62,497 nt of DNA from positions 1-62,497 of the forward strand of contig PFDB01000016.1 in assembly GCA_002763075.1 (NCBI GenBank), in the 5' to 3' direction. Both the position numbers and the translations under genes were made by a program. Within the stretch, counting starts at the first letter, position 1. Each line of letters opens with the position of its first letter. The stretch is from Candidatus Pacearchaeota archaeon CG10_big_fil_rev_8_21_14_0_10_34_76. Its GTDB lineage: Archaea > Nanobdellota > Nanobdellia > Pacearchaeales > GW2011-AR1. Shown here piece after piece: positions 9,675 through 19,774 of the stretch. The notes beneath the pieces are model-generated. The model was not told where the DNA came from, did no database searches, and saw only the letters and a list, made by a program, of their open reading frames with translations.

Positions 9675-10780
9675 TAACAGAAAAAGCATACGATAGGGCA
9701 ATAGAAGTTCTAGAAAAGTGCAAGACTCCAAATGGATTCTTTGCTGCATATCCTGGATATCAAGGAGTTTGGAGTAGAGATAGTGTTATTACTTCTCTAG
9801 GAGCATCACTAATAGAAGAAAGATTCAAGGACACATTTAAAGAAAGCCTAAAAACACTTGGAAAAAATCAAAGTCTTAAAGGGCAAATACCTAATGCTGT
9901 TTTATTCGGCTCAGACAATGGAAAAGTAGACTATAAGTCAATAGATTCTACACTCTGGTTTATAATAGGGCATTATCTATTCAAATCAAGATACAATGAT
10001 TCATCTCTCCTTAAAACATACGAGAAAAACATCCGTTCTGGAATGACATGGCTTTCGTATCAAGATTCTGGGGAAGACCATCTTTTAGAGCAGCAGCCAA
10101 CCAGCGACTGGCAAGATGCATTTCCGCACAGATATGGACATACAATAAACACTCAAGCCCTTTGGTATAAAACTCTCACTCTTGTAGGAAACAAAAAAGA
10201 GGCAGAAAGAGTCAAAGAGATATGCAATAAAGACAAAGAGGATGGACTATGGAATGGAAAATACTATTATTCATTCAGATGGAAAAACCATAATAAATAT
10301 AAAGAGTTCAGCGATTGGTTCGATACCTTGGGGAATCTTCTTGCGATACTCTTTGACCTTGCAGATAAAAAAAGGGCAGAAAGCATATTAGATTATATAA
10401 AAAAAGAAAAAATAGACTCTCCCTATCCCATAAAAGCTATGCACCCTCCTATTGACAAAAAGAGCAAATACTGGTATGACTATTTTGAGGATTGCGAAGC
10501 TCGTTCACCACACCATTATCTAAATGGAGGGATTTGGACATTTATAGGAGGATTCTATGTATGTGCTCTTGTAAAACTAAATAGGTTTAAGGAAGCTGAG
10601 ATACAGCTCCAAAATCTTGCAGAGGCAAATCTTCAGAACAATGGCAACTTTGCGGAATGGCTACACGGCCAGACTGGGAAAATAGGAAAGACTCAAGACA
10701 TTGAAAGTTATCAAGCTTGGAATGCAGGAACATATATCCTTGCTTATGAATCTCTCAAGAAAAAAAAGTCATTAATTTAG
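9671..10780 (+). CDS. (alpha/alpha)6 glycoside hydrolase, amylo-alpha-1,6-glucosidase (GDE_C)-like
   Basis: GVWSRDSVITSLGA...GQIPN pattern typical of GDE_C-type enzymes. 4-nt overlap with the HAD gene. Confidence 0.6.
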   Translation: MITEKAYDRAIEVLEKCKTPNGFFAAYPGYQGVWSRDSVITSLGASLIEERFKDTFKESLKTLGKNQSLKGQIPNAVLFGSDNGKVDYKSIDSTLWFIIGHYLFKSRYNDSSLLKTYEKNIRSGMTWLSYQDSGEDHLLEQQPTSDWQDAFPHRYGHTINTQALWYKTLTLVGNKKEAERVKEICNKDKEDGLWNGKYYYSFRWKNHNKYKEFSDWFDTLGNLLAILFDLADKKRAESILDYIKKEKIDSPYPIKAMHPPIDKKSKYWYDYFEDCEARSPHHYLNGGIWTFIGGFYVCALVKLNRFKEAEIQLQNLAEANLQNNGNFAEWLHGQTGKIGKTQDIESYQAWNAGTYILAYESLKKKKSLI

Positions 10781-10831
10781 TTCCATCAAATATTTAAACC
10801 ACAGATTACAATCAGTTAAAAAGAGGATAAG

Positions 10832-11107
10832 ATGCCAAACCACCTAAATAAAAAAGTAAAGACTGCTTTAACAAGTCACAAAAAATTAGCTCAGGAAAGA
10901 ACAATTCTCGCTAATGAAAGAAACAGCCTTGCATATATAAGAACTGGATTTGGAGCATTTGCCCTAGGTCTTGCATTGATAAAACTCTTTGAGGAACACA
11001 TCAAATATGTTTTAGCCGGATACGGTGCCGCATTGTTAGGAGTAATAATTATTCTGTTTGGCATAATTTATTATCCTATAAGAAAAAAGAAAATCCTTTC
11101 TTATTGA
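10832..11107 (+). CDS. DUF202/YidH-like membrane protein
   Basis: LANERNSLAYIRTGFG motif plus two TM helices. Confidence 0.65.
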   Translation: MPNHLNKKVKTALTSHKKLAQERTILANERNSLAYIRTGFGAFALGLALIKLFEEHIKYVLAGYGAALLGVIIILFGIIYYPIRKKKILSY

Positions 11108-12262
11108 TTATTTATCAGAATTTTTTAAAAGACTTTCCTCAATCAAGTCAATCATTTTCTTGGCAATAACCTTATAATGAAAATTCTTTAAAGCATGTTT
11201 TGCTGCAGCCTCTCCCATCTTTTTTCTTAAATCTGAATCTTCAATAAGTCTTAATGTATATTCAGCAAGTTGGTCTATATTTGCCCTATAAGCAAAAGTC
11301 TTAGGTATTGGAAATTCAATCTGCATCTTCTTGTCAAATCCCATGTCCTTGTATACCCATTCCTTGTCGAGTTTTATCTCGTGCTCGACATCTGCAAGAA
11401 AACCTGTTTCTCCTTGTTTTACAACATCTTTCGGCCCTCCAACATTTATAGTTATAACTGGCTTCCCACATGCCTGTGCCTCTAATTGTATCATTCCAAA
11501 TCCTTCAAGACGAGAAGGTGCTGCATATATATCGCACGCGTTTATTAGCTTAGACATTAAATCAGAGGGATATTGTCCGCTAAGATAAATAAATCTCTCC
11601 TCATCAAGCCCCAACTCCTCTATTAATTTCTTTTCTTCCTTTCCATGATTTCTTGCAGAGAAACTTGGATATGTCTTCAACACATATTTCCAATTTCCAA
11701 CTTTATCTTTTATCTTCGCAAGTGCTTTGAACATTTCCTGAGCTCCCTTGCTTGTCACATCCCCTCCAGCAGTCAATATCATCACCTCATCATCTTTTAT
11801 TCCTAATTCATCTCTCATTTTCTTGACATCTTCATCATCCTTCATCCTCGGATAAAATATCTCTGGATCATAACCTATAGAGCAAACTTTTATGTTCTCA
11901 CCCTTAACACCATCCCTAATATATGTTGACCTCACCCAATTGCTTGTTGCAACCAATAAAGGCAAATCATTCAACAAATCATGATAATTAGCTATCCATC
12001 CATTTGCATTGAACCATGGAACAGGCCTCATATTATGTTCTAACGGATGTTTTATCAGATCAGGAGTATCCCCCCAAAATCCAATCCCTATTACGACGTC
12101 AGGCTTAAAATTTTTGTATATCTCTTCTTTTTTATCATTATCTTCTCTAGAACATCTCTCGACAATCCATCCATTTTCTTCAAGTCCTTTAGCAAGATAA
12201 TGTCCTTGCAAACTAAGTCCATCGGGTTCTACTGGATAAGGATATAAAACAAGTGCCTTCAT
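11108..12262 (-). CDS. GT-B glycosyltransferase (family 4-like)
   Basis: C-terminal PSRLEGFGMIQLEAQACGKPVI...ETGFL E-x7-E type motif. Confidence 0.8.
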   Translation of the reverse strand: MKALVLYPYPVEPDGLSLQGHYLAKGLEENGWIVERCSREDNDKKEEIYKNFKPDVVIGIGFWGDTPDLIKHPLEHNMRPVPWFNANGWIANYHDLLNDLPLLVATSNWVRSTYIRDGVKGENIKVCSIGYDPEIFYPRMKDDEDVKKMRDELGIKDDEVMILTAGGDVTSKGAQEMFKALAKIKDKVGNWKYVLKTYPSFSARNHGKEEKKLIEELGLDEERFIYLSGQYPSDLMSKLINACDIYAAPSRLEGFGMIQLEAQACGKPVITINVGGPKDVVKQGETGFLADVEHEIKLDKEWVYKDMGFDKKMQIEFPIPKTFAYRANIDQLAEYTLRLIEDSDLRKKMGEAAAKHALKNFHYKVIAKKMIDLIEESLLKNSDK

Positions 12263-12861
12263 TTTAATTCAACAAAACTTTCAATCTGATTGCAACTTAA
12301 AGTTTCGAAAATACCCTCCCTAAATCCATAAATATCCCTTATAATTTTTATTTTTTCCATATATTCTTCTGCATTCAGATTTATCTTGCTATTTGCATCT
12401 TTGCTAGGCACTGGAATTTTTAACCCCGAGTTGTGTGGAGCCTTCACCTTTCCAGGCCTATAAGAAAAGCAATATGCCTTCTTGCAACTCAGTTTTCCTT
12501 CATTTACAAGCTCGTTCACAGCATTATGTATTTCAATATGCCTTATATGACCATACTCTCCATTTTTACCGTGTGTAAAGATATAATCAAAATCTTTTCT
12601 CTTCAATTTTTTCATGATTTTATTTTTCAGATCTAAAAGAGAGATCGGATGTAGTTTATCGTCTTCCAAATCAGAAATCATTGCCTTTGCACCATAGTGC
12701 TTACACACTTTCTTAAACTTAGGCATTCTATCAGAATCATTCTGTCTGCAAAGAGAGAAGATTGTCCAATTCCAATTAGGGTTCTTAAGTATCATTCCTC
12801 CCATCCAAATCGTCTCGTCATCTGGATGAGCAACCACGCACAATGCATTAATCATGATCAA
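12259..12861 (-). CDS. PIG-L/LmbE-family N-acetylglucosaminyl deacetylase
   Basis: VVAHPDDETIWMGG zinc-site motif. 4-nt overlap with the GT gene. Confidence 0.8.
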   Translation of the reverse strand: MIMINALCVVAHPDDETIWMGGMILKNPNWNWTIFSLCRQNDSDRMPKFKKVCKHYGAKAMISDLEDDKLHPISLLDLKNKIMKKLKRKDFDYIFTHGKNGEYGHIRHIEIHNAVNELVNEGKLSCKKAYCFSYRPGKVKAPHNSGLKIPVPSKDANSKINLNAEEYMEKIKIIRDIYGFREGIFETLSCNQIESFVELK

Positions 12862-12875
12862 GGATGTAAAATTTT

Positions 12876-13628
12876 TTATTTAAACTTTTTTGTTGCTCTA
12901 CGCGCAGCAAATTTGTCCAGAATAAATAATGTCTCCCCATGTTTTTGTAATATGCTTGCAGGAACTTCTCTACTTGGCCTGCAATATACAGAATAAAATA
13001 CTGCATTAGCCTTGTCATTTCCTGTAGCAATAAGAATTATTTTTTTTGATTTCATTATTGTTGAGAGTCCGATTGTCAATGCACACTTAGGAACATCATC
13101 AATTGAACTGAAATTATTTGAATTGATCTTCCTTGTGCTCGCAGAAAGCTTGACATTTCTTGTTCTGCTCCTGAATGAAGACCCTGGCTCGTTAAATCCT
13201 ATATGTCCGTTCACACCGATACCTAAAATTTGCAAATCCAATCCCCCTGACTTCCTTATTTTCTTTTCATATTCGACACATTCCTTCTTGAAATCCTTAG
13301 CACCTCCATCAAGAAAATTAATATTCCTTCTATCAATATCTACCTTAGAAAATAATTCTTTTTCCATAAAAAACCTAAAACTTCTTTTATCTTTGCTCTC
13401 TAATCCAACATACTCATCCAGATTAAAACTTTTCACCTCGGAAAAACTAACTCTTTTTTTTCTATATGCATCTACAAGATATTTATAAAATGGTTTCATA
13501 GTCTCTCCAGTGGCTAATCCTAAGACTGAATTTGGCTTAACCTTAATCTGCTCAATGACAATTTCAGCTGCCTTAGACACAGCTTTCTGTCTTGAATCAA
13601 CTACTTCAACCTTAATCATCCAGCACAT
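12876..13628 (-). CDS. nagB: glucosamine-6-phosphate deaminase
   Basis: LGLATGETM and LGIGVNGHIGFNEPGS motifs. Confidence 0.85.
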   Translation of the reverse strand: MCWMIKVEVVDSRQKAVSKAAEIVIEQIKVKPNSVLGLATGETMKPFYKYLVDAYRKKRVSFSEVKSFNLDEYVGLESKDKRSFRFFMEKELFSKVDIDRRNINFLDGGAKDFKKECVEYEKKIRKSGGLDLQILGIGVNGHIGFNEPGSSFRSRTRNVKLSASTRKINSNNFSSIDDVPKCALTIGLSTIMKSKKIILIATGNDKANAVFYSVYCRPSREVPASILQKHGETLFILDKFAARRATKKFK

Positions 13629-13713
13629 CCTCTTTCATGACAACTCTAATCATCTGTTCTATTTAAGATTAATCTAGCAAAAGATTTTTAATCTCTAGCT
13701 TCTTCTAATAGCC

Positions 13714-15921
13714 ATGCAAAAAGAGGCACGGCCATCAATCCTTTACATAGGAACCTATCCCCCAAGAGAATGTGGGATCGCAACATTCACAAGAGACCTG
13801 ACTAAGGCAATTAATAATCGCATATCTAATAAAATAAGCTATAGGATTCTTGCGATGAATAGCAATGGCGTTAACACTTACAACTATCCCAAGATTGTTT
13901 CTCAACAAGTAAGCGATACAGATATGAATTCTTACATTGAGGCCGCGAAAAAAATAAATGAAGATTCAGAAATCAAACTCGTCAATGTCCAGCATGAATT
14001 TGGATTATTTGGAGGTGAATGGGGAGATTATCTTCTGACATTCCTTGAATTATTGAATAAACCTGTTATCGTCAACTTCCATAGCGTCTTGCCAAATCCA
14101 GATGAAAAATTAATGCGCGTCGTGCAGAATATTGCCAAGAGATCAACAGAAATTGTTGTCATGAACAAGAAAGCAGTCACAATACTTAGAAAAGAGTACA
14201 ACGTTAACACTCCTATAAGTGTAATCCCTCATGGAATCCCAACTGTTAAGTTCGAAGATCAGACAGAAGCAAAAAAAGAACTTGGATATGAAAAGAACCT
14301 GATTATATCTTCATTCGGCCTCATGAGTAAAGACAAAGGCTATGAACAAGTCATAGAAGCTCTTCCAAAGGTAGTAGAGAAGTATCCAAACTTAATATAT
14401 TTAATAATTGGAGAAACACACCCAATCGTTAGAAGAGAATCTGGAGAAGAATATCGAAATTTTCTTATAAAAAAAATCAAAGAGCTTGGTTTAGAAAAAA
14501 ATGTCAAATTCTACAACAAATACGTGATGCTCTCAGAGATAATTCAATATCTCAAGGCTACAGATATTTACATCTCTCCATGTGTCAATCCCAATCAAAT
14601 AACTTCAGGGACATTGTCTTATGCTATGGGATGTGGAAGGGCAGTAATTTCTACTCCATTCTTGCATGCGCAAGATGCAATAACTCCTGATAAAGGCATT
14701 CTTGTTAATTTCCGAGATTCAAAATCATTTGAAGATGCATTATTTAAGATACTTGATAATCCAGATACAAAAAAAGGGATGGAATTAAACTCTTACCATC
14801 AAACTAGAAATATGACTTGGCCAAACGTTGCATATTCCTATAGTAAGTTATTCAGAAAACATATGAACTTACCTGATTCAAACATAGAAAATCTGCCTAA
14901 AATCAATACAAGCCACCTAGTTAAGATGACTGATAACTTCGGAATAATCCAGTTTTCTATCCAGTCAGACCCACAGATATCTTCAGGATATACTTTAGAT
15001 GATAATGCCCGAGCGATGCTTGTCTGCACAAAACACTATGAAAGATTCAAGGAATATAACCAGCTTAATCTCATCAAGACATACCTGAATTTTATAAAGT
15101 ATGTTCAAAAGGAAGATGGAAGAATTTACAACTTTGTAGATAAAGACCTTAAAATAGAGCTCGATCAATGGAGCGAAGATGCACACGGAAGAGCTATTTG
15201 GGCGCTTAGTTATCTCATAGCCTCGGAAAATATTCCATTAGATTTCAAAAGAGACGCAGAAGAGATACTACTTAAATCGCTAAATGTCGTGGAGGGAATG
15301 AAGTCTCCTCGCGCTGTTGCATTTACAATAAATGGACTTTACCATTATAATGCCTACAAACCCTCTACTGAATCTTATCAAAGAATAACTTCTCTTGCAG
15401 ATCATCTTGTAAGGCTTTTCAAGGCAAGCAGTTCTACAGAATGGAAATGGTTTGAACAATATTTGACTTATTCAAATAGCAAGATCTCAGAAGCTTTGTT
15501 GTATGCTCATCTCTCCACAAACAATCCCGAATACCTCAACACCGCTATGTGCTCTCTCAAATTCTTGGTAAGAAACACATTTGAAAATGGAAATTTTGTC
15601 CCAATTGGACAAGATGGATGGTACATTAAAGGAAAAGAGCGCGCATATTACGACCAGCAACCATTAGACGTCGCAGACATGGTACAAACACTTATTTTAG
15701 CACATAAAATAACTAAAAACGAACGCTACAAGAAACTAGCCCTGAACGCATTTAACTGGTTCCTTGGAAAAAACTCTTTAAATCAAGTTATATATAACGA
15801 ATATACAGGCGGATGCCATGATGGACTCGGCAAAGAGACTATAAATCTAAACCAGGGAGCAGAGTCAACTATCTCTTACCTTCTGGCAAATCTTTCTCTT
15901 GCGGAACTGAACGGAAATTAG
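13714..15921 (+). CDS. glycosyltransferase (GT4-like N-terminal half) fused to a ~340-aa helical C-terminal domain
   Basis: The N-terminal half has a GT-B layout (SSFGLMSKDKGYEQVIEA..., SGTLSYAMGCGRAVIST). The C-terminal half (GYTLDDNARAML, HGRAIWAL, WFLGKN) looks like an alpha/alpha toroid. That domain assignment is inferred. Confidence 0.75.
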   Translation: MQKEARPSILYIGTYPPRECGIATFTRDLTKAINNRISNKISYRILAMNSNGVNTYNYPKIVSQQVSDTDMNSYIEAAKKINEDSEIKLVNVQHEFGLFGGEWGDYLLTFLELLNKPVIVNFHSVLPNPDEKLMRVVQNIAKRSTEIVVMNKKAVTILRKEYNVNTPISVIPHGIPTVKFEDQTEAKKELGYEKNLIISSFGLMSKDKGYEQVIEALPKVVEKYPNLIYLIIGETHPIVRRESGEEYRNFLIKKIKELGLEKNVKFYNKYVMLSEIIQYLKATDIYISPCVNPNQITSGTLSYAMGCGRAVISTPFLHAQDAITPDKGILVNFRDSKSFEDALFKILDNPDTKKGMELNSYHQTRNMTWPNVAYSYSKLFRKHMNLPDSNIENLPKINTSHLVKMTDNFGIIQFSIQSDPQISSGYTLDDNARAMLVCTKHYERFKEYNQLNLIKTYLNFIKYVQKEDGRIYNFVDKDLKIELDQWSEDAHGRAIWALSYLIASENIPLDFKRDAEEILLKSLNVVEGMKSPRAVAFTINGLYHYNAYKPSTESYQRITSLADHLVRLFKASSSTEWKWFEQYLTYSNSKISEALLYAHLSTNNPEYLNTAMCSLKFLVRNTFENGNFVPIGQDGWYIKGKERAYYDQQPLDVADMVQTLILAHKITKNERYKKLALNAFNWFLGKNSLNQVIYNEYTGGCHDGLGKETINLNQGAESTISYLLANLSLAELNGN

Positions 15922-15950
15922 AAAAACAATAACAATTAAAGAGATTTTTC

Positions 15951-17048
15951 TCAATAGAATTTCATATGCTTCAAAATGCTCTTTATTGAGAACTTCCTGA
16001 CAAATATATAGCTATCTGCTCCACCATAATAAACAAGCAGATTATCCCTCCCATCTGGAACAACTCCCGTCGGGAATACAACATTATTAATGAATCCAAA
16101 CTTTTCCAACTTTGCTTCAGGTTTCATCAATGGCGTGTCCTTTGGAGATCTCGCAATTATTTTCTCAGGATTTTTCAAGTCCAGAAGCACAGCCCCTGCA
16201 CTATATATGTTTTCATCCTCACCAGATTCCTCATTTTTTTCAGATTTCACTCCATGATAAATCATAAGCCATCCTTCCTTAAGTTTTATAGGCGGGCATC
16301 CTCCTCCAATCCTTTCACCCTCCCAAGAATTCTCTCGAGGTCTCATCAAATTCTTGTCTTTCCCCCAATATACCAAATCCTTGGAATAAGATATCCATAT
16401 ACCTGGTTTTGTAAAATGCATTGTGCTTTCTGGCCTATTTAATGCAACATATTCTCCATTTACAATCTCCGGAAACAAAGCCACATCCTTATTCTGCTCC
16501 CTGAATATCAATCCCCTTCTTTCCCATTTTTCAAGATCATTAGAAACAGCAAGATAAGTAGAAATACCTTCAAACATCGAAACACCAACATAAGTCATAT
16601 AATACCTATCTCCTATTTTGACTATTCTTGGGTCTTCAACTCCAAAATCTCCATCGTTCTTCCTACCTAAAAAAGCAGCCCTTTGGTCAATTTTCTCTAC
16701 CTTAAGTCCACTCTTACTCAATATAACTCTCCTAAAATGGGAAATTGTCGGTAACCTGCATAACCCTTCCTTAAGAAAGACTTCTCCTTCTACACCTTTT
16801 CTAGTAATATCCTTCTCATGAATCTCCTGATATTTTATATTCCTACTCCCCCTATCATGAACCATGATGGGACACACAAGTTTTTTCCCATGTTTATGGC
16901 TTGCATTTTCTGCAACTCGAACATAGAGCATGATTTTCCCATTAGGCATCCTAATGGCGGCAGGATTCAAAATACCTGTAACGCTCCAGTTCTTTAGACT
17001 TGGCTTAAAATCCTCAGGTTTTAACAATAAATTTCCTTTAATATTCAT
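15951..17048 (-). CDS. GH130-family glycoside phosphorylase/hydrolase (DUF377-type beta-propeller)
   Basis: NPAAIRMPNG, GVEDPRIVKIGDRYYMTY, YYGGADS motifs. Confidence 0.8.
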   Translation of the reverse strand: MNIKGNLLLKPEDFKPSLKNWSVTGILNPAAIRMPNGKIMLYVRVAENASHKHGKKLVCPIMVHDRGSRNIKYQEIHEKDITRKGVEGEVFLKEGLCRLPTISHFRRVILSKSGLKVEKIDQRAAFLGRKNDGDFGVEDPRIVKIGDRYYMTYVGVSMFEGISTYLAVSNDLEKWERRGLIFREQNKDVALFPEIVNGEYVALNRPESTMHFTKPGIWISYSKDLVYWGKDKNLMRPRENSWEGERIGGGCPPIKLKEGWLMIYHGVKSEKNEESGEDENIYSAGAVLLDLKNPEKIIARSPKDTPLMKPEAKLEKFGFINNVVFPTGVVPDGRDNLLVYYGGADSYIFVRKFSIKSILKHMKFY

Positions 17049-17309
17049 CTTATCTTACTATACGTCCAATATCCTCCTCAAATATATTTGATGCTATTGT
17101 ATTATATTGAATTAAATTCATTTTAAAATTTTGCTATTTTCAATTAGCTCAACAGATTTAACTTCAAACATCTTTGTCACTTCGCTAAATTTCAAAGGAA
17201 CTCTAACAAAATTTTTCACCCTATTTTCACCTACATAAGATACGAATAATTCATTTAATAATTTATCCCTAAAGGAAAAAATTATATAATCTACTCAATT
17301 AAAAATATC

Positions 17310-17699
17310 ATGAAAGAAGAAGAATCTGGAAAAATCTGGAAAAATAAATTAACCCCTGAACAATATTTTTTACTAAGAGAAAAGGGTACAGAACCACCTT
17401 TCTCGGGAAAGCTTTTGAATAATAAAGAAGGGGGCATGTATCTCTGTGCAGCCTGTGGGAATCATCTATTCGATTCAGATGTGAAATTTGATTCAGGAAC
17501 AGGATGGCCTTCATTTTATGATGCAAAACCAGGGGCAATTAAATTTCAAGATGACAATAAACTCGGAATGACAAGAATAGAAGTAATCTGTGCAAAATGT
17601 GGCTCCCATTTAGGACATATTTTTGATGATGGACCAAAAGACAAAACTGGAAAAAGATATTGCATCAACTCATCTTGTCTTGATTTTAGAAAAAACTAG
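17310..17699 (+). CDS. msrB: peptide-methionine (R)-S-oxide reductase
   Basis: Two CxxC pairs (CAACGNHLF, CAKCGSHLGHIFDDGP), GWPSF, and RYCINS catalytic Cys. Confidence 0.92.
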   Translation: MKEEESGKIWKNKLTPEQYFLLREKGTEPPFSGKLLNNKEGGMYLCAACGNHLFDSDVKFDSGTGWPSFYDAKPGAIKFQDDNKLGMTRIEVICAKCGSHLGHIFDDGPKDKTGKRYCINSSCLDFRKN

Positions 17700-17737
17700 T
17701 TATAGATTTAAATAATCTATTTTCTAAGATTTATAGA

Positions 17738-18520
17738 ATGAAGAGTATGATTTATGTAAAAAAGATGGATGGCAGACTTCAGCCATATGATGAAAACAAA
17801 CTACGTCGCTCTCTAAAAAAATCTGGAGCTAGTAAAGAAACAATTAAGGATATCCTTTCAAAAGTTGATTCAATTCTTTATAATGGTATTGAAACAAAAA
17901 AACTTTTCAAATTTATTTTCCAAGAGCTCAACAAATGTAGTCCTAACTGCTCTCCAAGATATAATCTAAAACAGGCAATTATCTCTCTTGGATTTGAAGG
18001 AGGATTCGTTTTTGAAAAATTTATGGGAAAGCTTTTTGAAAAAAAAGGATATGATGTCAAATTAAATCAGATTGTCAGAGGAAAAAACATATCCCATGAA
18101 ATTGATGTTATAGCAATTAAAGATAAGGATAGGATAATGATTGAAGCAAAGCACCATGGAAAACCCTGGCTTGGAACGGATATCCAAACGGCACTATATG
18201 TCTATGCTCGTTTCCTCGATACCAATAATTCTTTTACGAGACCTATGCTTGTTACAAATACAAGATTCTCAACATCTGTCATGCGATATGCAAAGGGCGT
18301 TAATCTCTCATTAATGGGCTGGAAATACCCTAAGGGAAATAGTCTTGAAGAAAATATAGAAAAATATAAAATTTATCCAATAACTGTTCTGAATCTTCCT
18401 GAGGTTGTCCTAAAAAGATATTTTGAAAAAGACATTATAACCTTAGAAGACCTGCAAGCAACTAGGAAACTATCTCCAGAAGAAAAAGACAAAATAAACA
18501 AAATTATGTACCCTTCCTAA
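17738..18520 (+). CDS. ATP-cone domain fused to Mrr-like restriction endonuclease domain
   Basis: The N-terminus VKKMDGRLQPYDENKLRRSL looks like an ATP-cone. The middle FEKFMGKLFEKKGYDV...HEIDVIA...IMIEAKHH fits the D...(E/Q)xK Mrr_cat pattern. Confidence 0.6.
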   Translation: MKSMIYVKKMDGRLQPYDENKLRRSLKKSGASKETIKDILSKVDSILYNGIETKKLFKFIFQELNKCSPNCSPRYNLKQAIISLGFEGGFVFEKFMGKLFEKKGYDVKLNQIVRGKNISHEIDVIAIKDKDRIMIEAKHHGKPWLGTDIQTALYVYARFLDTNNSFTRPMLVTNTRFSTSVMRYAKGVNLSLMGWKYPKGNSLEENIEKYKIYPITVLNLPEVVLKRYFEKDIITLEDLQATRKLSPEEKDKINKIMYPS

Positions 18521-19660
18521 TCAATTATTCCTAAAATGGTGACTAATGTAGGATACAAGAGAACTCCCTGAAAGCCTTGTACTTGAAGGACCATTTCTCA
18601 CATAGAACTCTTCTTCGTTCGCTCCCCTCAAGAAAACTGGCCTCCTACTACTTTTACATTCAACCTTCAGAACAGACATTTCGTGCACTTGAACTATCTC
18701 GAATTTTATAAAAGGCAGATACTCACTACCTATATCTCTTTTTATAAGGTTTGTGAAATGCAGGACAAGCTTGTCTTGACTTGAAAAATTATCTTTTTCT
18801 ATTCCAATCAATTCTTTATCATCAGATACTCCTATCAATAAGACTCCTCCTCTTGAATTCAAATATGCTGTAATGGTCTTAAGAGCCGAATGTTCTACCT
18901 TTCTATCTACCTCATTAGTATGTAAATTAACTCTCAATGTAGATTTAAACTCCAGAATCTCGCTTTCACCTTTTTTTATCATATTCATCACCATTTCAGA
19001 AGAATCTGCCCTATCCGGATTAAAAAATCTTGAATTCCCTTCAACTAGTTTCGTAATAAACGTACTAACAACATTCATTCTTCCATTTTTTATATAAAAG
19101 TATCCTGCAACTGAAACAAGAAATGCTCCAAGACTATTAAATATCAGATCACCCATTGTGTCTGAAGGCATTGATTTTTGGAGATTAAACCCAAAGATAC
19201 TATCTAATCCATATTCAAATATCTCCCACACACTTCCAATAGCAACAGCAAATGCAAATGCAAAAAATACTATAATCATCGGACTGGCGTTTATCTTATC
19301 ATCCTTGTAAAGCACATACATAAGTGTAAGCCCTATAAAACCCAACGCAATTGCAGAGACAAAATTTAGTAGAATATCCCACCACCAAAATTCATCAAAA
19401 AGGCCTCTTACTTCTCCGAGATAAAGAACCCCGTATATGAAAAATAATATCAATATCTCATATTTTGCAGGAACTTCCATATTAAACCATTTTTCAAGAA
19501 CATATGGAAGAAAAGTCAATGTAAATCCTACAAGAGAAATATACATAACAAGTATTCTCTGCTCATATATTGCTCCAAAAAAGGCAAGAACGAGCATAAC
19601 TCTAATGATATTTATAACAATAAATCTCACCCTTCCAGGAGATTCTTTCCGCTCAGCCAT
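18521..19660 (-). CDS. polytopic membrane protein with C-terminal AlbA_2 (Schlafen-like) domain
   Basis: About 6 TM helices over roughly the first 200 aa. Then ESEILEFKSTL...LKTITAYLNSRGGVLLIGVSDDKELIGI, typical of AlbA_2. Confidence 0.55.
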   Translation of the reverse strand: MAERKESPGRVRFIVINIIRVMLVLAFFGAIYEQRILVMYISLVGFTLTFLPYVLEKWFNMEVPAKYEILILFFIYGVLYLGEVRGLFDEFWWWDILLNFVSAIALGFIGLTLMYVLYKDDKINASPMIIVFFAFAFAVAIGSVWEIFEYGLDSIFGFNLQKSMPSDTMGDLIFNSLGAFLVSVAGYFYIKNGRMNVVSTFITKLVEGNSRFFNPDRADSSEMVMNMIKKGESEILEFKSTLRVNLHTNEVDRKVEHSALKTITAYLNSRGGVLLIGVSDDKELIGIEKDNFSSQDKLVLHFTNLIKRDIGSEYLPFIKFEIVQVHEMSVLKVECKSSRRPVFLRGANEEEFYVRNGPSSTRLSGSSLVSYISHHFRNN

Positions 19661-19774
19661 AAAATATCAAGCAGACAGTAATTTATATAATATTCGCAAT
19701 TAATTTTAGTACACACAGATTTAAAAACTGCCATTTTCTTTCAATTCTGACAGAGCTATATCTGTTTCTTAAAA

